NCBI GenBank assembly: GCA_030698395.1
Contig: JAUYKW010000001.1
Span: 29,735-93,734 of the forward strand
DNA: 64,000 nt
Origin: a bacterium
GTDB taxonomy: Bacteria > Patescibacteriota > Patescibacteriia > UBA9570
Direction: 5' to 3'
Shown: positions 1 to 10,091 of the stretch, piece by piece
How positions within the stretch are numbered: the stretch's first letter is position 1
How the letters are laid out: each line of letters begins with the position of its first letter
Notes under the pieces: model-generated
The model's input: only the letters and a program-made list of their open reading frames with translations
Told to the model about the DNA's origin: nothing
Databases searched by the model: none
Made by a program: the position numbers and the translations under genes

Positions 1-1
1 A

Positions 2-181
2 TTAGCTGGCAGAATAACAAGAGAGCTAATTTTACTTTTACCTTATGTTATACCGTCTCTTATCTTAGGTATTTTTACAGGTCATAAATTATTTTCTAAA
101 ATTAACGGCGCTGCTTTAAAAAAAATAATCTATTATTTTGTTTTATTTTCAGGCTTAATTATTTTTATTAAATATTTATAG
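2..181 (+). CDS. C-terminal fragment of a polytopic membrane protein (TauE/SafE-like C-terminus); the 5' end lies outside the window
   Basis: The open frame from position 2 ends at TAG 179-181. The translation ...LLLPYVIPSLILGIFTGHKLFSKINGAALKKIIYYFVLFSGLIIFIKYL is hydrophobic and has the G-rich final helix typical of TauE/SafE C-termini. Confidence 0.3.
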   Translation, partial: LAGRITRELILLLPYVIPSLILGIFTGHKLFSKINGAALKKIIYYFVLFSGLIIFIKYL

Positions 182-645
182 TTAAAAAATTTAAAAATTA
201 ATTAAAATCTTATTTCTCATTTAATCTTAACTACTTTAGTTCTAACATCGTCCACGACCCCGAGCCAAATTGTATGTTCGGCGTTTCTCTTAATCAGAGA
301 AAAGCGGAAACGCTCTATTTTAATTAGCAAAAGGGCAAAAATTCCTTCCCCCAGACCCCCTTCTTTTTTGCCCTTTTGCTTTTCGGGCCCCGCTATTCAG
401 CGGTATAAACTCCGCCGAGGCAACAAACGCCGAACATACAAATTTGGCTCCGAACTCTGAACGAAATCCGAACCTTTTTCAAGGAAAATCCGCAAGAGGA
501 TTTGGACTGAATCTCGCCCAGCGTTTCCGCACGCCTCCGCTGGCTTCAATTGGAACATCGCCTTAATTACGGGCAATAAAAAAACTTGATGACATTAAGC
601 GAAAAATTATCTCTAAAAAACAGAGAGTTATGATATAATAAGCAG

Positions 646-1056
646 ATGCTAAAAGATAACCTAAATAAAATAATCATCATCGGATTAATTATTACATTAA
701 TAATAATGGTGACTATTCTACTACTAGGAACTACCTTGGGATTACTTTATTCATCATTACCGGAACATAATCCGCAAGATAATCAACAAAACTGCGAATC
801 CGTTGGTGGAGAATGGTCTTATAATGAAGAATTTTGTCTGCTAGCTAATAAAAAGGCTGGCGAAGAATGCACAGATGGAGGACAATGTGAAAGTGGAGCT
901 TGTTCTCCGCCAACATTAACAGCCGAACAAGAAACACAACTTATCAATGAACCAATACCAAACATTGTTGGTACATGTTATCCTGACAATGAAGTAACTG
1001 GATGTGTGGATCAAGTTATTCTAGGTACTATTTCGAAGGACTCAATGTGCTTATAA
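646..1056 (+). CDS. Small secreted/membrane-anchored cysteine-rich protein (8 Cys), hypothetical
   Basis: N-terminal hydrophobic anchor IIIIGLIITLIIMVTILLLG followed by a Cys-rich C-terminal half. A good promoter-like TTGATG...TGATATAAT lies just upstream (about 585-640). Confidence 0.5.
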   Translation: MLKDNLNKIIIIGLIITLIIMVTILLLGTTLGLLYSSLPEHNPQDNQQNCESVGGEWSYNEEFCLLANKKAGEECTDGGQCESGACSPPTLTAEQETQLINEPIPNIVGTCYPDNEVTGCVDQVILGTISKDSMCL

Positions 1057-1087
1057 AATAACCACTCTTTTAATTCTTATTCCTTAA

Positions 1088-3538
1088 CTACTTTAGTTTC
1101 AGTTCATAATCTCTTGTAACAACATATTTCTGCAAAACCTTTAACTTGCTACTGCGCAATCTAATTTGATGTTTATTTTTTTTGGTTTTACTAGGCTGAA
1201 CTTTAGAATTAACTGAATTCTGAGCAGATTTCTTTGCCAAGCTATTATTCTTCGGCTTAATACGTACTGTTACCAACCGAACTGAAGATCCTTTCTTTAA
1301 AGTTGCAACTGCAAACCACATATCTCTAAATTCTAATACTTTTATATTAGACTTTTTGAATGCATGACCACCAATTTTCTTTGTATCCTGATTATTACCA
1401 TTCATTGCATTCATTAGGATTATCTTACGGCCCTTTGGATGCATGACAATATATCTCCCCTGACTACGGAATTGTTTTACTCTAGTTTTTTCTACACCAT
1501 CATAAGCTGTAAAAGGCTCGTAACGATAAACTGAATCATCAGCATACCGAACATTTACCCGACCATGTTTCTTACCAGTTACAGACACAATAGCTTCTGT
1601 CGCTAAATCACTATTCTTAGCACTATACTCACCGTAATGAGGATGCTCACCGTTTTCTGCTACAGTATTAACTTCATCAATTTCGCCATCATCATCATTG
1701 TCAACGCCATCATTGTCAATTTCTATACCATTTGTCTTAATACTGTCATTTGTATCGTCAGTATTGTCGGCATATCCATCTGGTGCTGTTACAGAACAAA
1801 CTGAAGTTGTATCACCATCACTTACTCCTAATCCATCATCATCACCATCTTCATAATATGTTTGATTCTCAGATATAGTATCATCAGCATCGTCACAATC
1901 TGTACCTGTTTCAATACCGTCATTATCAGCGTCATTATCATTCGTATCAGATCCAGTTAACAAACCATCTGGACCAGCTAAACCGTCACCATCACCATCA
2001 ATGTATGGAAATGCCAAATATGCTCTTCCCACCTGCTGAGGTGTTATGTTATCCCAATATGGTGCACCAACTAAAATTTCCGGAAAGCCGTCTCCATTGG
2101 TATCGCCAGCGTTAGTTACTCCAGCACCGGCACCATCTCCGGAAATTTCTCCGTTAAATTGTAAATCAGCAGACGTGAAACTAGCTGTAATATTCCGTGA
2201 GTCATCTGCTTGAGCAGCCATAATTGCAGTTGTAAATCTGGTTGCAGATCCATAGAATACGAAAGCTGCCCCAGTATCAACTGAACTCACGACTTTATCT
2301 TTTACGCCAACAATTATATCATCATAACCATCTTTATTTATATCTCCCGAACTGCCCACATAATAAAAAACGTTAGTCCCAGCATCTGCTACAGTAAATT
2401 TAGCGTCAGCCGTGGAAGCATTTATATTTGCAAAATTAGCAGATTTACCATAAAAAACATACATGCCATGATCAATGGAATCTCCAATTTGACCTTCTGT
2501 ACTTCCTACAAGTAAATCGTCATAACCATCATTATTCAGATCAGCGTTATTCATGGTATAACCTAAACCATCATAGGTTTCTTCCGGTGAGATTTTTGCT
2601 GTTGCTCTGGCTAATACACCACCATCTGTAAACTGCGCAGATTTTCCATAAAATATATACACAGCGCCACCATACGTACCAATTTCAGATGCACCAACAA
2701 CGAAATCATCATAACCGTCGTTGTTAAGATCTCCAGCTGGAGCAACTGTGTTACCAAAACGATTATTAATAGCTTCACCAGTAATTTTTGCATCAGCTAC
2801 TGTGCCCAAATCACCACCAGATAAATCAGCACTTTGTCCGTAAACTACGTAAGTGGCTCCTGTTTTAGTGTTTTGCCAATGAGATCCAATCAAAATATCA
2901 TCATAACCATCGTTATTAATATCACCAGCCCCTGCAATGGACACTCCAATATGTTGGGCTATTGCTTCACCAGTAAATTTTACAGCGGTACTGGATAAAA
3001 CGTTTGTTCCAGTAAACTTCGAAGCTTGTCCATAGACAAGATAGACAACACCTTTTGCATTACCATCAAAAGCATCTGAGAATAAGAAATCATCATAGCC
3101 ATCGCCATTTACGTCACCAGCAGCAGCTACTTTCGGAGGTGCCCCTTCTAAAAAATCATCCTCATCGGTAAATACGGGTGCAGATGAATAATCTGCAACA
3201 GGTCCAGTGGCACTTCCGTACATAAGATGAACAAATAATGTATCACTAGGGCTTTCATCGAAAGACCCCATTAGGAAATCATCATAGCCATCGCCATTTA
3301 CGTCACCAGCTGGTGATAACTCCTGACCAAAAGATTCATTAAGCAGATTCCCATCATATTGTCGTGGAACATCTGCTAGATCTATTTCTGTTGTTGCTTG
3401 TACAGGACTTAGTCCATATAAGACGCCTGCGCTTATTAAGAAGAATATATATAAATGTTTCATAGACTTCATTGTATCATATACCATAAAAAAAAACGAA
3501 GTTAATTGAATAATTAGTACTATAAAATAAACCGACAA
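1088..3538 (-). CDS. Secreted FG-GAP (integrin-alpha-like) beta-propeller repeat protein with Asp-rich calcium-binding (thrombospondin-type-3-like) repeats and a Lys-rich C-terminal tail
   Basis: Seven repeats of the FG-GAP calcium-binding loop: GDVNGDGYDDFLMG, GDVNGDGYDDFLFS, GDINNDGYDDILIG, GDLNNDGYDDFVVG, ADLNNDGYDDLLVG, GDINKDGYDDIIVG and GDTNGDGFPEILVG. After these come DxDxDG-type repeats (DGDGDGLAGPDG, DNDADNDGIETGTDCDDAD, DGDDDGLGVSDGD). There is an N-terminal signal/anchor (possible alternative start at the internal MKSMKH, about 3472) and a basic C-terminus KKSAQNSVNSKVQPSKTKKNKHQIRLRSSK. Confidence 0.8.
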   Translation of the reverse strand: MSVYFIVLIIQLTSFFFMVYDTMKSMKHLYIFFLISAGVLYGLSPVQATTEIDLADVPRQYDGNLLNESFGQELSPAGDVNGDGYDDFLMGSFDESPSDTLFVHLMYGSATGPVADYSSAPVFTDEDDFLEGAPPKVAAAGDVNGDGYDDFLFSDAFDGNAKGVVYLVYGQASKFTGTNVLSSTAVKFTGEAIAQHIGVSIAGAGDINNDGYDDILIGSHWQNTKTGATYVVYGQSADLSGGDLGTVADAKITGEAINNRFGNTVAPAGDLNNDGYDDFVVGASEIGTYGGAVYIFYGKSAQFTDGGVLARATAKISPEETYDGLGYTMNNADLNNDGYDDLLVGSTEGQIGDSIDHGMYVFYGKSANFANINASTADAKFTVADAGTNVFYYVGSSGDINKDGYDDIIVGVKDKVVSSVDTGAAFVFYGSATRFTTAIMAAQADDSRNITASFTSADLQFNGEISGDGAGAGVTNAGDTNGDGFPEILVGAPYWDNITPQQVGRAYLAFPYIDGDGDGLAGPDGLLTGSDTNDNDADNDGIETGTDCDDADDTISENQTYYEDGDDDGLGVSDGDTTSVCSVTAPDGYADNTDDTNDSIKTNGIEIDNDGVDNDDDGEIDEVNTVAENGEHPHYGEYSAKNSDLATEAIVSVTGKKHGRVNVRYADDSVYRYEPFTAYDGVEKTRVKQFRSQGRYIVMHPKGRKIILMNAMNGNNQDTKKIGGHAFKKSNIKVLEFRDMWFAVATLKKGSSVRLVTVRIKPKNNSLAKKSAQNSVNSKVQPSKTKKNKHQIRLRSSKLKVLQKYVVTRDYELKLK

Positions 3539-3575
3539 GACATCATTAACCGAAAATTAACAATAAAATTAATAG

Positions 3576-3812
3576 CTATATAATAATCGTCACGACATCA
3601 TTATTCATATAACATTCACCTTTTATTATCTGCACATCTTTATTTATAGAAGTTTTTCCTTGCAAAGAAACCTTACCCTTGCCTAATAAAGCAAATAATT
3701 CTGCATGTCCCGGTAATATTTGTATATTGCCAGAAACTGCTGGAATTGTAACGCTCTGCATATCTTTATATGTGTTTGTTCCCTTTGGAGATGTAATTTT
3801 GCAAGTCAACAT
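3576..3812 (-). CDS. atpC: F1Fo ATP synthase epsilon subunit, short form (N-terminal beta-sandwich only)
   Basis: ...ITSPKGTNTYKDMQSVTIPAVSGNIQILPGHAELFALLGKGKVSLQ matches the epsilon N-domain, and the gene is the last of the atp operon. At 78 aa it lacks the C-terminal helical hairpin. Confidence 0.75.
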   Translation of the reverse strand: MLTCKITSPKGTNTYKDMQSVTIPAVSGNIQILPGHAELFALLGKGKVSLQGKTSINKDVQIIKGECYMNNDVVTIII

Positions 3813-3815
3813 ATA

Positions 3816-5183
<1,368 letters not shown>

Positions 5184-5187
5184 TCAA

Positions 5188-6036
5188 TTAATTTGAACGG
5201 TATTTTATTTTATGTGCTACAAAACTTTCTAACTGATTTTGTGTTACTGTTCGACGCTTCTCTTTTTCATAATCCAGTAACAACTGTTCAACAAGTTCAG
5301 ACGTTTTTACTGCGGCATGTTCCATTGCTATGGTACGCGCAGAAAATTCTGATAGCTTTGCTTCTATAATAATGGAATAAAAATACACTCCAATATATTT
5401 TTGCAGCAGCATATGAAAAACTTTCTGCTTCGAAGGTTCAAATATTGGCAATCCTTCTTTATTGCTCATATCTTCATTTAAGGTAAATACAAAAGGCAAA
5501 AATGGAATAATTTGTGGCGTTTGTTCAGCAAAAGAAACGAATTGTGGAAATAAAATATCTACTTGTGAGAAAGATCCTTTTTTATATTTCTCAAAAAAGT
5601 AATTAGTCATATTAATAATTTCCTCTTCAGACGGGATATCAGAAAAATATGTAAAATCATTAATTACACCTATCCTTTCCTCTTCCAGAAATTTCTTACC
5701 TTTTGTTCCTATAGTAACAATTGATTGATACTCTTTATTTTTTTCTAAATACTTATTAATTATACTATGCCATAAACCACCAACCAAACCTTTATTACCA
5801 GTTAAAATTACAAGGGCTTTTGTTCCGGTACTATTTTTTTGTAAAAGCGGATGTTCCCTCTTTTTATAATAAACCAACAATTGAGATAATACATTCTCAA
5901 TTTCAAATTTATAGGCATGCAGATTAGAAACCTCTTGTTTTAAAGTATGCACAAAAGATGCTGCAATTTTTTCAACTGTTTTTACTGTTTCTGAAACATC
6001 CTGAAATCCGTATATTTGATCTTTCTTTATAGACAT
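5188..6036 (-). CDS. atpG: F1Fo ATP synthase gamma subunit
   Basis: 282 aa with an N-terminal coiled-coil helix (IKKRIKSIKNT-like MSIKKDQIYGFQDVSETVKTVEKIAAS) and a C-terminal helix, sitting between alpha and beta. Confidence 0.85.
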   Translation of the reverse strand: MSIKKDQIYGFQDVSETVKTVEKIAASFVHTLKQEVSNLHAYKFEIENVLSQLLVYYKKREHPLLQKNSTGTKALVILTGNKGLVGGLWHSIINKYLEKNKEYQSIVTIGTKGKKFLEEERIGVINDFTYFSDIPSEEEIINMTNYFFEKYKKGSFSQVDILFPQFVSFAEQTPQIIPFLPFVFTLNEDMSNKEGLPIFEPSKQKVFHMLLQKYIGVYFYSIIIEAKLSEFSARTIAMEHAAVKTSELVEQLLLDYEKEKRRTVTQNQLESFVAHKIKYRSN

Positions 6037-6057
6037 ATTTTATATAACCAATATCAT

Positions 6058-7524
6058 TTATTGTAAAATAACAAATTCTTGTTTAAAGTCTTCTACAATA
6101 CTCTTAATATTTGTTTTTATTTTTTCATCAAATGAACCGGCTAGAATTTTTTCTAGTATAAATGGATACTGATATCGAATTAATTCTAATAAAAGCACTT
6201 CAAAGCTACTCCATTTTTCTTTTTCTATATCATCAAAAAATCCCTGCTCAACTGTATAAAATAATATAACTTGCTCTGGCCAGGTAATATTAGTATGTTT
6301 ATTCTGCTTTAATAATTCTAAAGTTAAATCTCCTCGATGAATTTTCTTTTGTGCTTGATCGCTCACAACAGTTTCCAACTGAGACAATTTTTGAAGATCT
6401 TTGTGTTGAACAAGCGCTAAACGAATACCAGAAACAACTTCCTGTAGTGCAGGCGGTTGCACTTGCGACCCTAAACGAGAAACAGATAAACCAACATTAA
6501 CAGCAGGCATAAAACCTTTTTGAAATAAACCATTTTCTAAATAAATTTGCCCATCTGTTATAGAAATAATATTTGTTGGTATAAAAGATGTAAGATCTCC
6601 CTGTTGCGTTTCAATAATAGGCAATGCAGTTAGTGAGCCTCCACCTTTTTCCTTTGATAACTGAGCTGCTCGTTCTAATAATCCTGCATGTAAAGAAAAA
6701 ACGTCTCCTGGATAAGCCTCTCTTCCAGGTGCTCGTTCTAATAATAATGAAAAATCTCGATACGTTTTTGCATGTTTTGATAGATCATCATAAATAACCA
6801 ATGCATCATTACCCTTGTCACGAAAATACTCCCCAATAGCACAACCAACAAACGGAGCTAAATACTGCTGAGCAAAAGATGTATCTACCGGCGCAGCCAC
6901 TACTATTGTATATAAAAAAGAATTTTGATCTTCAAATAAAGTTATTACTTCTCTAATTTTCTGCTGTTTTTGTCCACTTAGCACATAAATACATACAACT
7001 GGTTTTTCAGCATATTTTTGATTTAATACAACATCTTTCGTAATTGTACTTTTGCCAAGTTTCCGATCTCCAATAATTAATTCTCGTTGACCTCTACCTA
7101 ATGCAAGATTTGTATCAATAATTTTAATACCCGTAGTTAACGGTACAGTTACTGGATCCCGATCTATAATTAATGGCGCATCCTGAAAAACCGGTACTAA
7201 TTCTCCTTTAATAATACCCAAATCATCAATGGCATTACCTAAACCGTCAACAATTCTACCTATGCTAGTATCTGATACCGAAATTGAATGCGGTTCTCCG
7301 CTTGGAAAAATCTTTTGCTCTAAATCTACATCTTCACTAAAAAAAAGTGCCTCTACAAAATTTTCATTAAAACCAACTACAATAGCTACTGGAATATTAT
7401 TCTTGTCAAGTAATGTTTCATGCAAAAATATATTTGGTAATCCTTGAATCTTCGCCACACCAGAAAAAAAAGAAACGATTTTGCCAGATACGATACTTTT
7501 TCTACTATTTTTTTCTTTTGCCAT
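6058..7524 (-). CDS. atpA: F1Fo ATP synthase alpha subunit
   Basis: P-loop GDRKLGKST, conserved alpha blocks (ERAPGREAYPGDVFSLHAGLLERAA, SITDGQIYLE) and operon position. Confidence 0.95.
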   Translation of the reverse strand: MAKEKNSRKSIVSGKIVSFFSGVAKIQGLPNIFLHETLLDKNNIPVAIVVGFNENFVEALFFSEDVDLEQKIFPSGEPHSISVSDTSIGRIVDGLGNAIDDLGIIKGELVPVFQDAPLIIDRDPVTVPLTTGIKIIDTNLALGRGQRELIIGDRKLGKSTITKDVVLNQKYAEKPVVCIYVLSGQKQQKIREVITLFEDQNSFLYTIVVAAPVDTSFAQQYLAPFVGCAIGEYFRDKGNDALVIYDDLSKHAKTYRDFSLLLERAPGREAYPGDVFSLHAGLLERAAQLSKEKGGGSLTALPIIETQQGDLTSFIPTNIISITDGQIYLENGLFQKGFMPAVNVGLSVSRLGSQVQPPALQEVVSGIRLALVQHKDLQKLSQLETVVSDQAQKKIHRGDLTLELLKQNKHTNITWPEQVILFYTVEQGFFDDIEKEKWSSFEVLLLELIRYQYPFILEKILAGSFDEKIKTNIKSIVEDFKQEFVILQ

Positions 7525-7885
7525 TGTTCATTTCAGATAAACGAGATTGAATCTGTTGGATTACTTCTTTCTTCTCCTTTTCTACCTCATCCCTACTATT
7601 ATTTTTTATATCCTTGGCAATATTCTCCGCTTCATCAATAATTTCACGAGCACGTTGTTTCGCTTTCACTATTTCCTTTTTTTGTTCTTCAGAATTTGTA
7701 CTCATTTCATGCTCTATGTTGTTCTGTAATGTTTGTGCTTTCTTTAAAAGCTCTTCATCTTTTTCAATTTTTTTTATAATTGGTTTATACACAAATTTAG
7801 TAAGCAACAGCAATAAAATACCAAAATTTATTATTTGAGCAATCAACAATTTAATATCTATACCTAAACTACCTAAAATCTCCAT
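7505..7885 (-). CDS. atpF: F1Fo ATP synthase subunit b (short, 126 aa)
   Basis: Single N-terminal transmembrane helix (LLIAQIINFGILLLLLTKFVYKPI) followed by a charged coiled coil, lying between atpE and atpA. No separate delta subunit gene (atpH) follows it. Confidence 0.7.
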   Translation of the reverse strand: MEILGSLGIDIKLLIAQIINFGILLLLLTKFVYKPIIKKIEKDEELLKKAQTLQNNIEHEMSTNSEEQKKEIVKAKQRAREIIDEAENIAKDIKNNSRDEVEKEKKEVIQQIQSRLSEMNNGKRKK

Positions 7886-7887
7886 AA

Positions 7888-8100
7888 TTAAACGAATTTG
7901 AGAATAAGTGCGATTACTAAAGCATATATAGAAATAGCTTCAGCAAATGCAATAGCTACAATCATTGCTATTTGGATTTTTTCAGCGCTCTCTGGATTAC
8001 GCGCTATACCAAAAAGTGCCGCGGCACCAATCATACCAATTGCTAACGCTGGAGCAATTGTACCTATTGCCATAGTAAATGCTGAGGGATCTTGAGTCAT
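7888..8100 (-). CDS. atpE: F1Fo ATP synthase subunit c
   Basis: 70-aa two-helix hairpin, GxGxGxG-type N-helix ([17 protein letters not shown]) and the conserved carboxylate helix [18 protein letters not shown]. Confidence 0.9.
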   Translation of the reverse strand: MTQDPSAFTMAIGTIAPALAIGMIGAAALFGIARNPESAEKIQIAMIVAIAFAEAISIYALVIALILKFV

Positions 8101-8106
8101 GTTATT

Positions 8107-8874
8107 TTAGTTATTACTACTTAATTTATTTTTTTTGACTGATTCAACGTGATGAAGCGTACTTGTTTTGATAAACGTTAATGTTAATATGGCAAAAATA
8201 AATGCCTGTATAATACCTACGAATAATTCTAGCACCATAAACGGTATGGGTATAATATATGGTACTAAAAAAGCTATAACTAGTAACAGCACTTCGCCAG
8301 CAAATACATTTCCAAATAATCTAAATGAAAATGAAAACACTTTTACACTTTCTGATACAATTTCAAAAAATCCAAGAATAAAATTAATTGGACTAGTAAA
8401 ATTAAAGAAACGCATTAAATATGCTTTAATGCCTAACTCTTGCAAAGAAAAAAATTGAATTCCAACAATAGAAAAAAGTGCCAGTGCTAAAGTGATTGTA
8501 AGATCACTATTAGGTGACCGCAAAATAGAAAATATCCCTGCTTGAGTTTGAACAAAAAATGAACCTAAAAAACCCGGGAATAATGCTAATATATTTGCTG
8601 TCACAATAAACAGGAAAAAAGTAGCAATCAGAGGTAAAATTCTCTTAGATAACGATCTATCTTTTGTTACCATGTCTGTAAGCTTTAACAATTCATAAAT
8701 TAGAATACGAATCCCATTAATAAATATGTTTCTATGATCCTCTTTTCTTATATAAAATACTCCAGCCATAACACCAAGCACTGTGGTAACCATAAGAGAT
8801 GTTAAAAACGTGTTGGATATCGCTACTCCAAAAATGGTTAAAATATATTCTGATTCTAAACGAATATTAAGCAT
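8107..8874 (-). CDS. atpB: F1Fo ATP synthase subunit a
   Basis: Polytopic membrane protein with the conserved Arg helix block RLFGNVFAGEVLL, directly upstream of atpE. Confidence 0.85.
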   Translation of the reverse strand: MLNIRLESEYILTIFGVAISNTFLTSLMVTTVLGVMAGVFYIRKEDHRNIFINGIRILIYELLKLTDMVTKDRSLSKRILPLIATFFLFIVTANILALFPGFLGSFFVQTQAGIFSILRSPNSDLTITLALALFSIVGIQFFSLQELGIKAYLMRFFNFTSPINFILGFFEIVSESVKVFSFSFRLFGNVFAGEVLLLVIAFLVPYIIPIPFMVLELFVGIIQAFIFAILTLTFIKTSTLHHVESVKKNKLSSNN

Positions 8875-9103
8875 TTTTTTCGCCGTCTTTAATTAATGGA
8901 ATAAGTAAATGATAAACTTCATAAATTGTAATAATGATACCAATAAGCATGCCAATCAATAAAAAAATTGGCTTAGTAGATAAATAATTATCAACCAATA
9001 ACCCAAGATATAAAAAACCACTAATCGGCGCAACGATAAAAAAACCTAATTGCCACGCAAGCGATATAGCATAAAAAGTTTTAAAATTGCTCTTCTTTGT
9101 CAT
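8867..9103 (-). CDS. Small two-helix membrane protein at the head of the atp operon (AtpI/AtpZ-like)
   Basis: 78 aa with two hydrophobic helices, overlapping the atpB start by 8 nt, the position usually taken by atpI/atpZ. Confidence 0.4.
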   Translation of the reverse strand: MTKKSNFKTFYAISLAWQLGFFIVAPISGFLYLGLLVDNYLSTKPIFLLIGMLIGIIITIYEVYHLLIPLIKDGEKNA

Positions 9104-9257
9104 AGGTACATTTTAACACAAAACATCATATATAGTAACAAGATTCTCCTCATAAAAAATAGACAAAACAGATACGCATATAAAAAGCATATACCATTAT
9201 CCAGCTATTACATAACTAGTGTATACTTAGAGTTAGGATAAAATTAACAACATCATT

Positions 9258-10040
9258 ATGAAACAATCCATAAACCAAGAAGGCGGAATAATAAAAATAA
9301 TACTAATTATTGTTGCTGTTTGTTTTACACTATTAGTAATAGGTATAGCATTCCTATTTGGTTTCGGTGTTAAAGAATGGAATAAATTAAGCGTTGGCGA
9401 AACTGTTACAGAAACTCGTGATGTGAGCGACTTTTCTAATATTCAGCTAAATGGATTTGGCAACCTCATTATTGAGCAAGGTTCACAAGAAGCATTAGAA
9501 ATAGAAACTGGTAATAATTTGATGAAATATATAAAAACCGAAGTTAAGGGCGATACTTTAGTTATTGAATATAAAAAAGCCTGGCTAGTTGGTTTAATGA
9601 TGTTAAAAAATCACGATGAAACGAACTTTAATCTGAGTGTAAAAGACTTAGATAATATTTCCTTGTCTGGATCTGGAGACATAGTTACTGAAGATTTTGA
9701 AACAACAGATTTAAGTATTGATATTTCTGGATCCGGCGATGTAGATATGAACATTCAAGCAAAACAACTTGATTCTAATGTTTCTGGCTCAGGCGAATTT
9801 GATCTAACTGGAGAAGTTGTTAATCAATCAATCACGATATCTGGATCTGGAAAATACAGAGCGTTTGATTTAGCAAGCCAAGTAGCAGAAGTAGAAATTT
9901 CAGGATCTGGAGAAATTGAGCTTGATGTCGATGATGCTTTGGATGTATCTATTAGTGGAACTGGCGATGTTAAGTACACAGGCAACCCATCAATTACTCA
10001 GTCGATTACAGGATCTGGAGATATTTCCCAAGTTAAGTAA
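9258..10040 (+). CDS. Membrane-anchored beta-strand repeat protein of the DUF4097/DUF2807 (adhesin head GIN-domain, LiaF/YvlB C-domain-like) family
   Basis: N-terminal transmembrane anchor, then a repeated (S/D)ISGSGD(V/I) strand motif about every 20-25 residues (LSGSGDIVTED, DISGSGDVDMN, NVSGSGEFDLT, TISGSGKYRA, EISGSGEIELD, SISGTGDVKYT, ITGSGDISQVK). Confidence 0.6.
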   Translation: MKQSINQEGGIIKIILIIVAVCFTLLVIGIAFLFGFGVKEWNKLSVGETVTETRDVSDFSNIQLNGFGNLIIEQGSQEALEIETGNNLMKYIKTEVKGDTLVIEYKKAWLVGLMMLKNHDETNFNLSVKDLDNISLSGSGDIVTEDFETTDLSIDISGSGDVDMNIQAKQLDSNVSGSGEFDLTGEVVNQSITISGSGKYRAFDLASQVAEVEISGSGEIELDVDDALDVSISGTGDVKYTGNPSITQSITGSGDISQVK

Positions 10041-10091
10041 ATCATCCATTCAATACCTAGAAAACTACTCACTCAGCATGTTATACTTAAA

